Of a stretch of 24,000 nucleotides of DNA, positions 14,756-23,665 are shown piece by piece. The translations under genes and the position numbers were made by a program. The notes under the pieces are model-generated. The model had not been told where the DNA came from and did not search any database. It saw only the letters and a program-made list of their open reading frames with translations. Where the stretch lies: positions 4,002,954 through 4,026,953 of the forward strand of contig NZ_AP023213.1 in assembly GCF_014218275.1 (NCBI RefSeq), given 5' to 3'. Position 1 is the first letter of the stretch. Each line of letters opens with the position of its first letter. Origin of the DNA: Citrifermentans bremense (GTDB taxonomy: Bacteria > Desulfobacterota > Desulfuromonadia > Geobacterales > Geobacteraceae).

Positions 14756-17700
14756 TCAGATCACCTCCTTGCCGGCCCCGGGTTTCCCCTCTTCGCCAGG
14801 TTCCCCTGAAGGGGGTGCCTGACCGGCGCTGCCGGGTTTTTCCCCCGATGGGAGCTTACCCCTCTTCCTCCTTTCGCTCCAGCTTCCGAAGATGTAGAAA
14901 AAGAGCGGCACGTAGAGCATGGCGAGGGTCGCCTCCCCTATCATCCCGCCGATGATCCCGGTGCCGATGGAGTGCCGCGCGTTGGCACCCGCCCCCATGG
15001 CGACGGCGAGCGGGAAGACGCCGCAGATGAAGGCGAGCGAGGTCATCACGATGGGGCGCAGCCGCAGCTCGCCGGCCTCGATGGTGGCGTCCAGAAGGGA
15101 CCTCCCCTGTTTGCGCAGCTCGACCGCGAAGGTCACCCTGAGCAGGGCGTTCTTGGCCCCCAGCCCCACCAGGACCAACAGGCCGATCTGGAAGTAGACG
15201 TCGTTTTGCAGGCCGCGCATCCAGTTGAAAAGAAGCGCCCCCAGCACTCCGAAGGGGACCGCCGTCATGATGGAACCCGGCAGGGTCCAGGATTCGTACT
15301 GCGCGGCCAGGATCAGGAACACGAAGACGAGGCCGAAGGCGAAGGCGAGCCCCGAGGTCCCCCCCGCGCTCTTCTCTTCGTAGGCGAGCCCCGACCAGGC
15401 AAAGGAGTACCCCGCCGGCAGCACCTCGCCTGCCACCTCCTCCATCGCCTGCAACGCCTGCCCCGAGCTGAACCCTTCGGCCGCGTTGCCGTTCACCTTG
15501 GCTGCCGGGAAGCCGTTGAAATGCGGCAGGATGTTGGGACCGGTGACCCAGCTGGTGGTGATCACCGCGGAGAGCGGGACCATCTCGCCATTGCGGGAGC
15601 GGGTGTAGAGCCTGGCGATGTCACCCGGGTTCTGGCGGAATTCCGGCGAGGACTGCAGTATCACCCACCAGACCCGGCTGAACTCGTTGAACTGGCTTGC
15701 CGTCAGTGAGCCGAACTGCGCCTGGATGGCATTGTAGACGTCCTGCACCGGGACCTCCAGGAGGTTCGCCTTGTCCCTGTCCACCTCGACCCGGAGCTGC
15801 TGCGCCGTCGCCTTGAAGGTGGTGTTGAGGCCGGAGAGTTCCTTGCGCTGGCGCGCCTTTTCCAGGAAGGTGCGGGTCACCTGCTCGAGTTGCGCCGGTT
15901 CCCTCGACTCCTTGTCCTGGATCCAGAACTCGAAGCCCCCCGATACGCCGATGCCGGGGACAGCCGGGGGGGCGACCGGGTAGACGGTCGCCGTGGTGAT
16001 CTTCTTCGCCTCCTTGTAGACGTTCACCAGCACCGCGCGCGCGTTCTCGGCCAGCGCCTTTTTCACCGACTGGTAACGCTCCTCGAAAGGTTTCAGCGTC
16101 ACGAAGAAGGTGCCGTTGTTGGTGCTGTAGCTCCCGTCCAGAAGGCTGTAGCCGGAGATCTGGGTCCTGTTCTCGACCCCCGGGGTCCCGGCGAAGATGC
16201 GGTCCACGCGGTCGGCGACCTCCATGGTCCGCTCCAGGCTCGCTGCATCGGGAAGGAAGATGGCCGACATGACGTACCCCTGGTCCTCGTTGGGAACGAA
16301 ACTCGTGGGGATAGCCCGGAACAGGTGCACGATCCCGTAGACGAGAACCACCAGAAGAAGGAGCGCTACGGCCATCCGCCTGATGACCAGGACCACCCCC
16401 CTGCCGAAGGCCCGGGTGAAACGGTCGAACTGGCGGTTGAACCAGGCGAAGGGCCCCCTGGTCGGGGGGGGCGAGTGGCGCAGCAAAAGGCTGCTCAGGG
16501 CCGGCGTGAGGGTGAGCGCCACGAAGCCGGAGATGGCCACCGATATGGCGATGGTGATGGCGAACTGCTTGTAGAGCTGACCTGTGGTCCCCGGGAGGAA
16601 GGCGGCGGAGACGAAGACGGCCCCCATGACCAGCACCGTGGCGATGACAGGGCTCGTGACTTCCCCCATCGCCTTGATGGTCGCCTCCCTGGGAGAGAGG
16701 TGGCACTGGGACATGTTCCGTTCCACGTTCTCGACCACGACGATGGCGTCGTCGACCACAATTCCAATGGCGAGTACCAGGCCGAACAGGGTGAGGAGGT
16801 TGATGGAGAAGCCCAGCGAGAGCATCACCGGGAAGGAACCGATGAGGGCGACGAAGATGGCGATGGCGCAGATGATGGTGGCGCGGAAGTTCTGCAGGAA
16901 TAGGAACACCACCAGCACCACCAGCACGATTGCCTCGATCAGGGTGTCCTGTACCTCCTTGATGGAGAGCCGGACGAACTCGGTGGTGTCGAGAGAGACG
17001 ACGTAGTCGATGCCGCTGGGGAAGCGCTTCTTCATCTCCTCCAGCGTGTTCCGGATCTCGCGGGACACCTTGAGCCCGTTCGCCCCCGGCTGCTGGTAGA
17101 TAGCGATCAGGGTGGCGGGCCTTCCGTTCAGCTTGCTGTCCATCACGTACTGCCTGAGGCCGACCTCGGCGCGCGCCACGTCCTTGAGCCTGACGATGGC
17201 GCTCCCGTCCTGGCTGGCGCGCAGGATGATGTTGTCGTACTCCTCGGCCCTGGTGAAGGGGCGCTGGGTCACCACCGGAAAGGTCATCTGGACTGCGCCG
17301 GCGTTCGGCTGCTGGCCGATCTGCCCCGCCCCGAACTGGGAGTTCTGGGTGGAAACCGCCTGCTGTATGTCGCTGGTGGTGATGCCCAGCGATGCCATCC
17401 GCTCCGGGTCCATCCAGATGCGCATCGCCTGGTCGGCGACCCCCATGATCGACGCCTGCCCCGCCCCAGGTACCCTCTTGAGCGCGTCGAGCACGTAGAC
17501 GTTGGCGTAGTTGGCGATGTACTCGCTGGAGTAGCGGCTCTCCCTGGAGGTGATGCAGATCAGCATCATGATGGAGGAGGTCTTCTTCTGGACCGACACC
17601 CCCTGCTGGGTCACGGCGACCGGGAGCTGGGGGACGGCGAGGTTCACCCGGTTCTGGACCTGCACCTGGGCCACGTCGGGGTCGGTGTTGAGCCCGAAGT

Positions 17701-17980
17701 AGACGGTGATGGTGAGCATGCCGCTGGAGGAGCTGGTCGAGGACATGTAGAGCATGTTGTCGATGCCGTTGATCTGGGCCTCCAGCGGGGCCGCAACGGA
17801 ATCGGCCAGCGTCCTCGAGTCGGCGCCGGGGTATGTCGCCTGCACCGTGACCTGGACCGGCGTGATGGGCGGGTACTGCTCGACCGGCATGGCGAAGAGC
17901 GCCACCACCCCCGCGATGCAGATGATGATGGAGACCACCGCGGCAAAAACGGGGCGCTCTATGAAGAACCTGGAGAACAT
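14756..17980 (-). CDS. RND multidrug efflux pump, inner-membrane permease (HAE1, AcrB/MexB-like)
   Basis: 1074 aa. The N-terminus MFSRFFIERPVFAAVVSIIICIAG is the canonical AcrB-family start. It has the 12-TM, two-large-loop organisation. Confidence 0.95.
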   Translation of the reverse strand: MFSRFFIERPVFAAVVSIIICIAGVVALFAMPVEQYPPITPVQVTVQATYPGADSRTLADSVAAPLEAQINGIDNMLYMSSTSSSSGMLTITVYFGLNTDPDVAQVQVQNRVNLAVPQLPVAVTQQGVSVQKKTSSIMMLICITSRESRYSSEYIANYANVYVLDALKRVPGAGQASIMGVADQAMRIWMDPERMASLGITTSDIQQAVSTQNSQFGAGQIGQQPNAGAVQMTFPVVTQRPFTRAEEYDNIILRASQDGSAIVRLKDVARAEVGLRQYVMDSKLNGRPATLIAIYQQPGANGLKVSREIRNTLEEMKKRFPSGIDYVVSLDTTEFVRLSIKEVQDTLIEAIVLVVLVVFLFLQNFRATIICAIAIFVALIGSFPVMLSLGFSINLLTLFGLVLAIGIVVDDAIVVVENVERNMSQCHLSPREATIKAMGEVTSPVIATVLVMGAVFVSAAFLPGTTGQLYKQFAITIAISVAISGFVALTLTPALSSLLLRHSPPPTRGPFAWFNRQFDRFTRAFGRGVVLVIRRMAVALLLLVVLVYGIVHLFRAIPTSFVPNEDQGYVMSAIFLPDAASLERTMEVADRVDRIFAGTPGVENRTQISGYSLLDGSYSTNNGTFFVTLKPFEERYQSVKKALAENARAVLVNVYKEAKKITTATVYPVAPPAVPGIGVSGGFEFWIQDKESREPAQLEQVTRTFLEKARQRKELSGLNTTFKATAQQLRVEVDRDKANLLEVPVQDVYNAIQAQFGSLTASQFNEFSRVWWVILQSSPEFRQNPGDIARLYTRSRNGEMVPLSAVITTSWVTGPNILPHFNGFPAAKVNGNAAEGFSSGQALQAMEEVAGEVLPAGYSFAWSGLAYEEKSAGGTSGLAFAFGLVFVFLILAAQYESWTLPGSIMTAVPFGVLGALLFNWMRGLQNDVYFQIGLLVLVGLGAKNALLRVTFAVELRKQGRSLLDATIEAGELRLRPIVMTSLAFICGVFPLAVAMGAGANARHSIGTGIIGGMIGEATLAMLYVPLFFYIFGSWSERRKRGKLPSGEKPGSAGQAPPSGEPGEEGKPGAGKEVI

Positions 17981-17992
17981 GTTATGTCTCCT

Positions 17993-19174
17993 TTACCTGC
18001 CGCGGGCCCCGGGCCCGGCGTTCGGGCGCCCCGACGAGTACCGCTGCAACTGCACCTTGCTCCCTGCGCTGAGCGCGAGGGTGCCATCCACCACGACCCG
18101 CTCTCCCCCCTTGATACCCTCCGAGATGTACCACTCGTTCCCCCGCCACTCCCCGACAGTAACCGGGCGCTGCTCGACGGTGTCGTCCCTGCCCACCACC
18201 CAGACGAAGTGCCCCTGCGCCCCCTGCTGCACCGCGCGCTGCGGCAGCAGGATCGCCTGCGGGCGCAGCGCCCCCTTGAGCCTGACCCGGACGAACTGGT
18301 TCGGGAGGAGGTGGCCGTTGCGGTTGTCGAGGCTCGCCCTGATCAGGAAGGTCCCGGTCTGCGGATTATAGGAGGGGGCGGCGAAGGTGATCCGGCCTGT
18401 CTGCGGCAGCGGCGTCCCGTCGGGGAGCACCACCTCGACCAGGAACTTCTCCCCGGAGGGTACCCTCAGCCTGCCGCTGGCGATCTCCTGGCGGTACTTC
18501 AGCATCTCGTTCTCGGACATGCTGAAGTTGACCCAGATGGGGGAAAGGGCCGAGACCGTGGTGAGCAGGCTGTTCTGGGAGCTGATGTAGGTTCCCTCAG
18601 CCTGCTGCGCCGCGCTCGTGATGCCCCGAATCGGGGAGGTGATGGTGGCGTAGGAGAGGTTGAGGAGCGCGGAGTCCAGCTGCGCCTTGGCCTGCTCGAC
18701 CGCCGCGGCTTCAGACTGGAACCTGCTGGTGGCGTCGTCCAGGTCCTTCTTGGAGAGCGCGTTCACCTGGGCCAGCGGCTTGGTCCGCTCCAGGTTCAGG
18801 CGCGCCGCCTTCAGGCCGGCCTCCTGCCGGGAGAGGGCGGCACGAGCCTGGGCGACCTGGACCTGGAACGGCTTGGGATCGATCTGGAAGAGGACCTTCC
18901 CCTTGTCGACAATGGCCCCCTCGGTGTAGAGGCACCGGTCCAGGAACCCGTTCACCCGCGCCTGTATGTTCACCATCTGCGAGCTCTGCGTCTGCGCTAT
19001 CTTCTCGAGGACGACCGGTCCGTCTTGTGGCTGCACCACGATGACCGAGACTGTCGGGGTTGACGTGGCAGGCTCGAGCTTCTCCTTCTTGCCACAGCCG
19101 GAAAAGGCAAGGGAAACGCCGCACAAAAGCGTTGCCACTAAAACCCCCGGAATTGCCGCCTTGACCTGCCTCAT
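17993..19174 (-). CDS. RND efflux membrane fusion protein (AcrA/MexA family lipoprotein)
   Basis: 393 aa with lipobox AFSGCGKK, plus lipoyl/hairpin/beta-barrel-type sequence (VNGFLDRCLYTEGAIVDKGKVLFQIDPKPFQ...ATITSPIRG). It lies 12 nt upstream of the pump gene. Confidence 0.9.
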   Translation of the reverse strand: MRQVKAAIPGVLVATLLCGVSLAFSGCGKKEKLEPATSTPTVSVIVVQPQDGPVVLEKIAQTQSSQMVNIQARVNGFLDRCLYTEGAIVDKGKVLFQIDPKPFQVQVAQARAALSRQEAGLKAARLNLERTKPLAQVNALSKKDLDDATSRFQSEAAAVEQAKAQLDSALLNLSYATITSPIRGITSAAQQAEGTYISSQNSLLTTVSALSPIWVNFSMSENEMLKYRQEIASGRLRVPSGEKFLVEVVLPDGTPLPQTGRITFAAPSYNPQTGTFLIRASLDNRNGHLLPNQFVRVRLKGALRPQAILLPQRAVQQGAQGHFVWVVGRDDTVEQRPVTVGEWRGNEWYISEGIKGGERVVVDGTLALSAGSKVQLQRYSSGRPNAGPGARGR

Positions 19175-19232
19175 CGCTCACCCTCCCTCAAGCCGTCCCC
19201 AAGCTTGCCGGTCTTTGGTCAGGGCCGGCCTT

Positions 19233-19925
19233 TCACGGCGCTACGCACCCGGTCCCCCCGCGGTTCTGGCACAGGAGGTACGCGGCCCGCCTGGCCCAGA
19301 ACTTCATCGCCTCGTCCGCGCCGTGCCAGGTGTCCCAAGCCCCCTGCAACGATGCGCCGCCGACGCGCCGGTCCAGTGCTGCAATCAGCAGCTCGCCGTT
19401 CTCCGCATCGGTCAGTCTGAATTCGGCAGTTATCTCCCCGACGGCGCTAGGCTTGCCGGTGGCTGCGTATTTCGCCGCGTTTATCGCGAGCCCGATGGGC
19501 AAAATGGTGGAGGTGATGCTCCGCACCCGGCTCGACGTGTCGATGTCGCGGATCGCCATCTGCAGGACCATGGTGTCCTTTTCAGGCCTCTTGACCACCC
19601 GGATCTCCTTTTGCAGCGCTTCGGTCAGGTAGAGGTAGGCGTTGTCGGCCAGTTTTTGGTAGTTCTCCTTCTCCTGGACGCTGAGTTCCCCGTCCTTCGC
19701 AATCAACACCGGCTCTACCAGGACCGCGGAGTACCTCCTGATGTCGAATCCTGGGTTGACGTAACGGTACAGGGCCTGCCCCGAGCTCCCCCTTTGCAGG
19801 ATCTCCGGCTTGAACAGCATGGTGTTCTTGACCTCGACCTCGCGCGCCTGCTTGCTGGCGCCGCAACCGCCCAGGATGAGTGCCGCTATTGCCGGCAGTA
19901 TGCTGGTCAAAAGTTTGATTCTCAT
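19233..19925 (-). CDS. putative lipoprotein, DUF3313-like
   Basis: 230 aa with lipobox LILGGCGAS and a GAGGAGG RBS. Its size and pattern (YRYVNPGFDIRRYSAVLVEPVLI...) match my recollection of DUF3313. The domain name is not verified. Confidence 0.7.
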   Translation of the reverse strand: MRIKLLTSILPAIAALILGGCGASKQAREVEVKNTMLFKPEILQRGSSGQALYRYVNPGFDIRRYSAVLVEPVLIAKDGELSVQEKENYQKLADNAYLYLTEALQKEIRVVKRPEKDTMVLQMAIRDIDTSSRVRSITSTILPIGLAINAAKYAATGKPSAVGEITAEFRLTDAENGELLIAALDRRVGGASLQGAWDTWHGADEAMKFWARRAAYLLCQNRGGTGCVAP

Positions 19926-19951
19926 TTTTCGGCCTCCTCAAGTGGTATGCG

Positions 19952-20917
19952 CTACTTTTTCAACCCCCGGAGTTCCGCCACCTGGAGCATGACCGGCAAG
20001 ACCACAAGGTGGCGCCCCTCGGCGTTGCTTGCTACCAAAAGCGGCAGCTCAACGACATCCTCGGCCGGCTCCTCGTGCTTGATTCCCATGCTGTCCACCA
20101 AAACGGTTTCCTGCTGCCCCACCAGGTACTGCTCCGGATGCCCAAGCAGGTCGACAACCACATCCAGGTACACATCGAGCACCCGGTCCTCTCCCCCCAG
20201 TTCTTTCAACTGTGCCTCGATCCGCCCCAGCTTCTCCTCGAAAGTGGTGATGTCGTCGGTAGCGTCACCGAAGCCGACCCCCACCTTCTCTAACAGGGCG
20301 AGCTTCGCCTGCAGCAGTGCGCGCCACCGCTCCAGGTCTCTGCGCTCCGACTTAAGCCCGGCCAGGCGTTTCAGGGCGAGGCTGAGCAGGTGATCGAAGG
20401 CACGCCGCATGAGCTGGCGCCGGTTTTCCCGCTCGTCGCAGGTAGGGTCAAGAAAGCGATGGATGTCGAAGCTGACCGTCACCTGGGGGACGTCGCGGAT
20501 CACGATGTCGCCCGAGAGCGCGACGCCGAACCCCACCCGCTCCTGCTTCTCCATGCCGAGCAGGGCGTAAACGCTCCGGCACTCCTTCCCCTCGCCGCCG
20601 AGGAAATCGGCCAGCGCGCGGTCGGTGACAAGTACCTTGCGCAGGTCGTCCTGCGAGATGAAAAACTTCTTCATCACCTTGTCGTCCGTGTATCCGGCCA
20701 GGGAGAGCGGCAGTGACGGCGGCAACCGGTTCACCAGCGACACCACGAAATCGATGGAGCGGATCACGGAGGGGCGGAGCTTCTTCCTGTACCCTGAAAC
20801 TGCACGCAACCAGGGGTCGGTGCAGTCCACCGTCCTCTCGATGGCGGCCTTCACCAGGGATTCGGGATAGGCACCCTCGCGGTGGTTCCCGAAAATGGAC
20901 TGCAGCAGGCTCAGCAT
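19952..20917 (-). CDS. hypothetical cytoplasmic protein (321 aa) with a central coiled-coil-like segment; first gene of the RND unit
   Basis: A long ORF with codon style matching the neighbours. It lies 26 nt upstream of the lipoprotein gene. It has no TM segment or signal peptide, and no HTH or any family I recognise. The SD is weak. Confidence 0.7.
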   Translation of the reverse strand: MLSLLQSIFGNHREGAYPESLVKAAIERTVDCTDPWLRAVSGYRKKLRPSVIRSIDFVVSLVNRLPPSLPLSLAGYTDDKVMKKFFISQDDLRKVLVTDRALADFLGGEGKECRSVYALLGMEKQERVGFGVALSGDIVIRDVPQVTVSFDIHRFLDPTCDERENRRQLMRRAFDHLLSLALKRLAGLKSERRDLERWRALLQAKLALLEKVGVGFGDATDDITTFEEKLGRIEAQLKELGGEDRVLDVYLDVVVDLLGHPEQYLVGQQETVLVDSMGIKHEEPAEDVVELPLLVASNAEGRHLVVLPVMLQVAELRGLKK

Positions 20918-21600
20918 GGTACACCCAGCCCTGTGCGCGGCCTCCCGCTTGACGCCGTCAGGAGCAAGCGGAGCGCAGCAAGGGAGACACGGAGGAAAGG
21001 GGGCAGCACGCTGCGGCAGGATCGGGGAAGAAGCCGGAAGTCTGTGGCGGGTATGCGGGTAGAGGGGTGCGGGAACGCCCTATGGGTGCTCTTCGCCTGG
21101 AGAGGGTGGACAACGGCCGGCTGCACTTTCCACTGGCCATAATTCGGCAAAGCTGGCCTCCCTGCCCTGCAGGATTTCTATCGAGGTTCATGCCGCTGCC
21201 GGGAGAAGCGCCAATAGATTCACATAGGGCAAGGGATCATATGCTGCAGTGTTCAGGTTCTCCTGGTGGAGTATCTGCTTACGTCCGGGAAGTCATAGCT
21301 GCTGGAGTTGTGACAATACCTGCACTGGGCATGAGTGAGGTCGGGCACGGTGTGTCACGTGCGTCCACGCGAAATGTTATCATGCGCGGAAAGAATCTCA
21401 ACTTGCGGAAGGAGTTGCCGGCGTTGCCCCCAGTCATGACCGGGCGGAAAGAAGCGCGATGCTTAGCTGATAGTGGGGCCTTCGCTTTCAGTGGTAAAAG
21501 TCGGAGCGAGTTGAGGAGGACTACGACGACATATTGCACTACTTTGGTAGTGGGGGGGCAGGGGACGCGTATAAAGAGTATAAGTTTCTCCTGTTGATTG

Positions 21601-22478
21601 TTATGAACTTATAACACCCCCCCCCGGGCTTCCCATTTCAATGACCTGACGGCACTTCGGAAACGTCGAGCAGGCCCAGAAGAGCTTCCCGGCATGGGGG
21701 CCATTCTTGGCCTGTCGCCGTACCATGCTCGCACCACATCTTCCGCATTTCGGTGACGTCTCTGCTTCTGGCTGCGCGGCTATCGGTGTCGGGCCCTGTT
21801 CGTTTGTCTTGATGGACTCGGCTCCTGAGAGTTGGCTAGCGTGGGTGCGGGTACGTGCATGGTGAGTTTAAAAGCCTCGGCCAACTTGATCCTGAGCTCT
21901 TGAATCTGATACCCTTTTTTCACTGAGAATCGAGCAATCGGAATGCCAGCACAGCTCAACGCATGATCAACCAGGGCATCCCTTTCCGTACGATCTTCCC
22001 GTTCATGCGACTGGTCATCGAGTTCTATCACACCGACTACCGCAAGATCCGTTGCAGTGCAGACAACAAAGTCCACATGCTTCTGGTTCACTTTGTTCCG
22101 CACACCAACTCGCTTACTGTTGGATAATCCCTTCGCAGGTTTGACAAGATCCCCGAGGCGGACCTTCCCGAAAATCCTGTATTTGTTGTCCAGAGTCTGA
22201 TCGAGCGCCCCGAGAAATGACCGTTCTGCTGGCGATTCAAGGGTCTGTATTGAACACAGGCCCTTTTTTACGCTTAGGGCCGCGCTCAGGTGCGGTCCTT
22301 TGGGGCGTAAAACAAGGTGGAGCAGATGATGTAAGAGGTTGGATGCGGGTGGGAAATAAGCCACCAAGGTTTCATAAGGGGTAGGTTCTAGTGTTAAGAC
22401 GTCGGCATAATTGATGGAGGGCACAAAAAAGAAACTGCTTTGGGAGGTTGCCGCTGTACTTGGACTTGTTTTTAGCAA
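21601..22478 (-). pseudogene. DUF2726 (PD-(D/E)xK nuclease-like) plus topoisomerase-type C4 zinc-finger gene, split by a frameshift
   Basis: The track ORF 21780..22478 carries the DUF2726-type core (YRIFGKVRLGDLV...KHVDFVVC...VVGVIELDDQSHEREDRTERDALVDHALSCAGIPIARF). It starts at a TTG with an odd N-terminus. A different frame downstream (about 21640-21757) encodes SPKCGRCGASMVRRQAKNGPHAGKLFWACSTFPKCRQVIE, a textbook zf-C4_Topoisom finger, ending at TAA 21601-21603. The finger frame is open only below the TAA at 21868-21870. Confidence 0.6.
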
Positions 22479-23233
22479 GTCTAAGTGCGGTCTCTGACCA
22501 AAGCAGTTTCGGTGACTCCCGGCGGCAGAGCAGCGTTTTTAATGCTAGCAGTGTCTACGCTCAGCCGTTGGTTTTTTTAGGACCGATGGCTGGTGGAGCG
22601 GGAGCCTTTACCTGTTTCTGAAGGTTTTCGCATTCGATAGATGTGGTTGGCATCCTTTCGGTCCGATTATCTTCATAGCAGGTAAGAGTAATTATCTGCC
22701 TGTCAGCGAGAAAAGCAAACAGGAATTTTGGACTCAACAGGCGCCAGAATTCCGCGCGCCCCTCGCTCCAATTGGGCCGTGCGGTACGAGCCAGACGTGG
22801 TCGTGGTGTTCATACATGGCAGGGCGCGGCTGTCGACGAGTGGGCGACATGCGTTGATCACATACGTGCAGCGTGCTGCGGGCTAGATTAACTTCTCATC
22901 TGTACTGACCGTGCGCCGCCAGTCCCCAACCAGGGCCCCGTAAAGGTAATAGGCGCCGTCCTAGGACGAATTCTGCTCAGGGGTATAGCAACGGATGAGG
23001 TGAGGCTCTGTACAGATTATCCCATCCAGTTCATGATCCTTTGCAACGAAGGACTCATGCTTCTTTGGGCGCTTCTGCAGCAGTTGTTTCAAGCAGATTG
23101 GGAAGCCCAACCATTTCAGGTCGGCTAGATTTGAGTGTGGGGTTGCAAGACATAATTATTGATGGAAACGGAGTCTGGTGATAGCATCGCATGCTTGACG
23201 TAGCAAGATTCTGACTTAAGAGCAGGAGGAAAG

Positions 23234-23665
23234 ATGAAAAGAGTGACGAGCATAGTTATTGCGATGGCCATTGCTATTCCCGGCTTGGCTACGGCTAATG
23301 ACACCATTGCTGACGCAGCAAGAGAAAAGGGGGCAATAAAGACAGCATCCGGAATGGTGTATCAGCCCATAAAGGAAGGGAGCGGCCCCTCGCCTAAGGC
23401 ATCGAGCATCGTAGGAGTCGACTATCGTGGCACCCTGCCCAATGGCAGGGAATTTGACAGTTCATACAAAAGTAAAATGATCACAAAATTTCCCCTCTCG
23501 AATGTTATTCCCTGTTGGACCGAGGGGGTCCTGATGATGAAGGTCGGAGGCAAAGCCAAGCTTTTCTGTCCACCTGAGTTAGCCTACGGAAGTCGTGGCG
23601 CTGGACAGGCAATACCGCCGAATGCCACCCTCATATTTGAGGTTGAACTTCTAAGTATAGAATAG
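23234..23665 (+). CDS. FKBP-type peptidyl-prolyl cis-trans isomerase, secreted
   Basis: 143 aa with an AGGAGG RBS and signal peptide MKRVTSIVIAMAIAIPGLATA. The FKBP core reads VDYRGTLPNGREFDSSY...VIPCWTEGVLMMKVGGKAKLFCPPELAYGSRGAGQAIPPNATLIFEVELL. Confidence 0.9.
   Translation: MKRVTSIVIAMAIAIPGLATANDTIADAAREKGAIKTASGMVYQPIKEGSGPSPKASSIVGVDYRGTLPNGREFDSSYKSKMITKFPLSNVIPCWTEGVLMMKVGGKAKLFCPPELAYGSRGAGQAIPPNATLIFEVELLSIE

Noticed and set aside
14919-17498. Long ORFs overlapping the RND pump gene in other frames or on the other strand (for example 14972..15709 +, 15621..16706 -, 15890..16903 +, 16584..17006 +).
   Set aside because: These are typical shadow ORFs of a high-GC gene. They are Arg/Gly/Pro/His-rich low-complexity translations with no RBS. 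The 1074-aa frame has an unambiguous AcrB-family sequence.
17984-20393. Plus-strand ORFs of 359 aa (17984..19063) and 475 aa (18966..20393), antisense to the MFP, lipoprotein and hypothetical genes.
   Set aside because: Their composition (R/P/G/L-rich) and lack of any recognisable motif argue against them. The opposite-strand frames encode proteins with lipoboxes, RBSs and family signatures.
21067-21597. 176-aa plus-strand ORF (and the 86-aa minus ORF 21279..21539) in the gap upstream of the RND unit.
   Set aside because: No convincing RBS for the long form, an odd composition (runs of R, T and G), and no recognisable motif. It is left unannotated, and BLASTP would settle the question.
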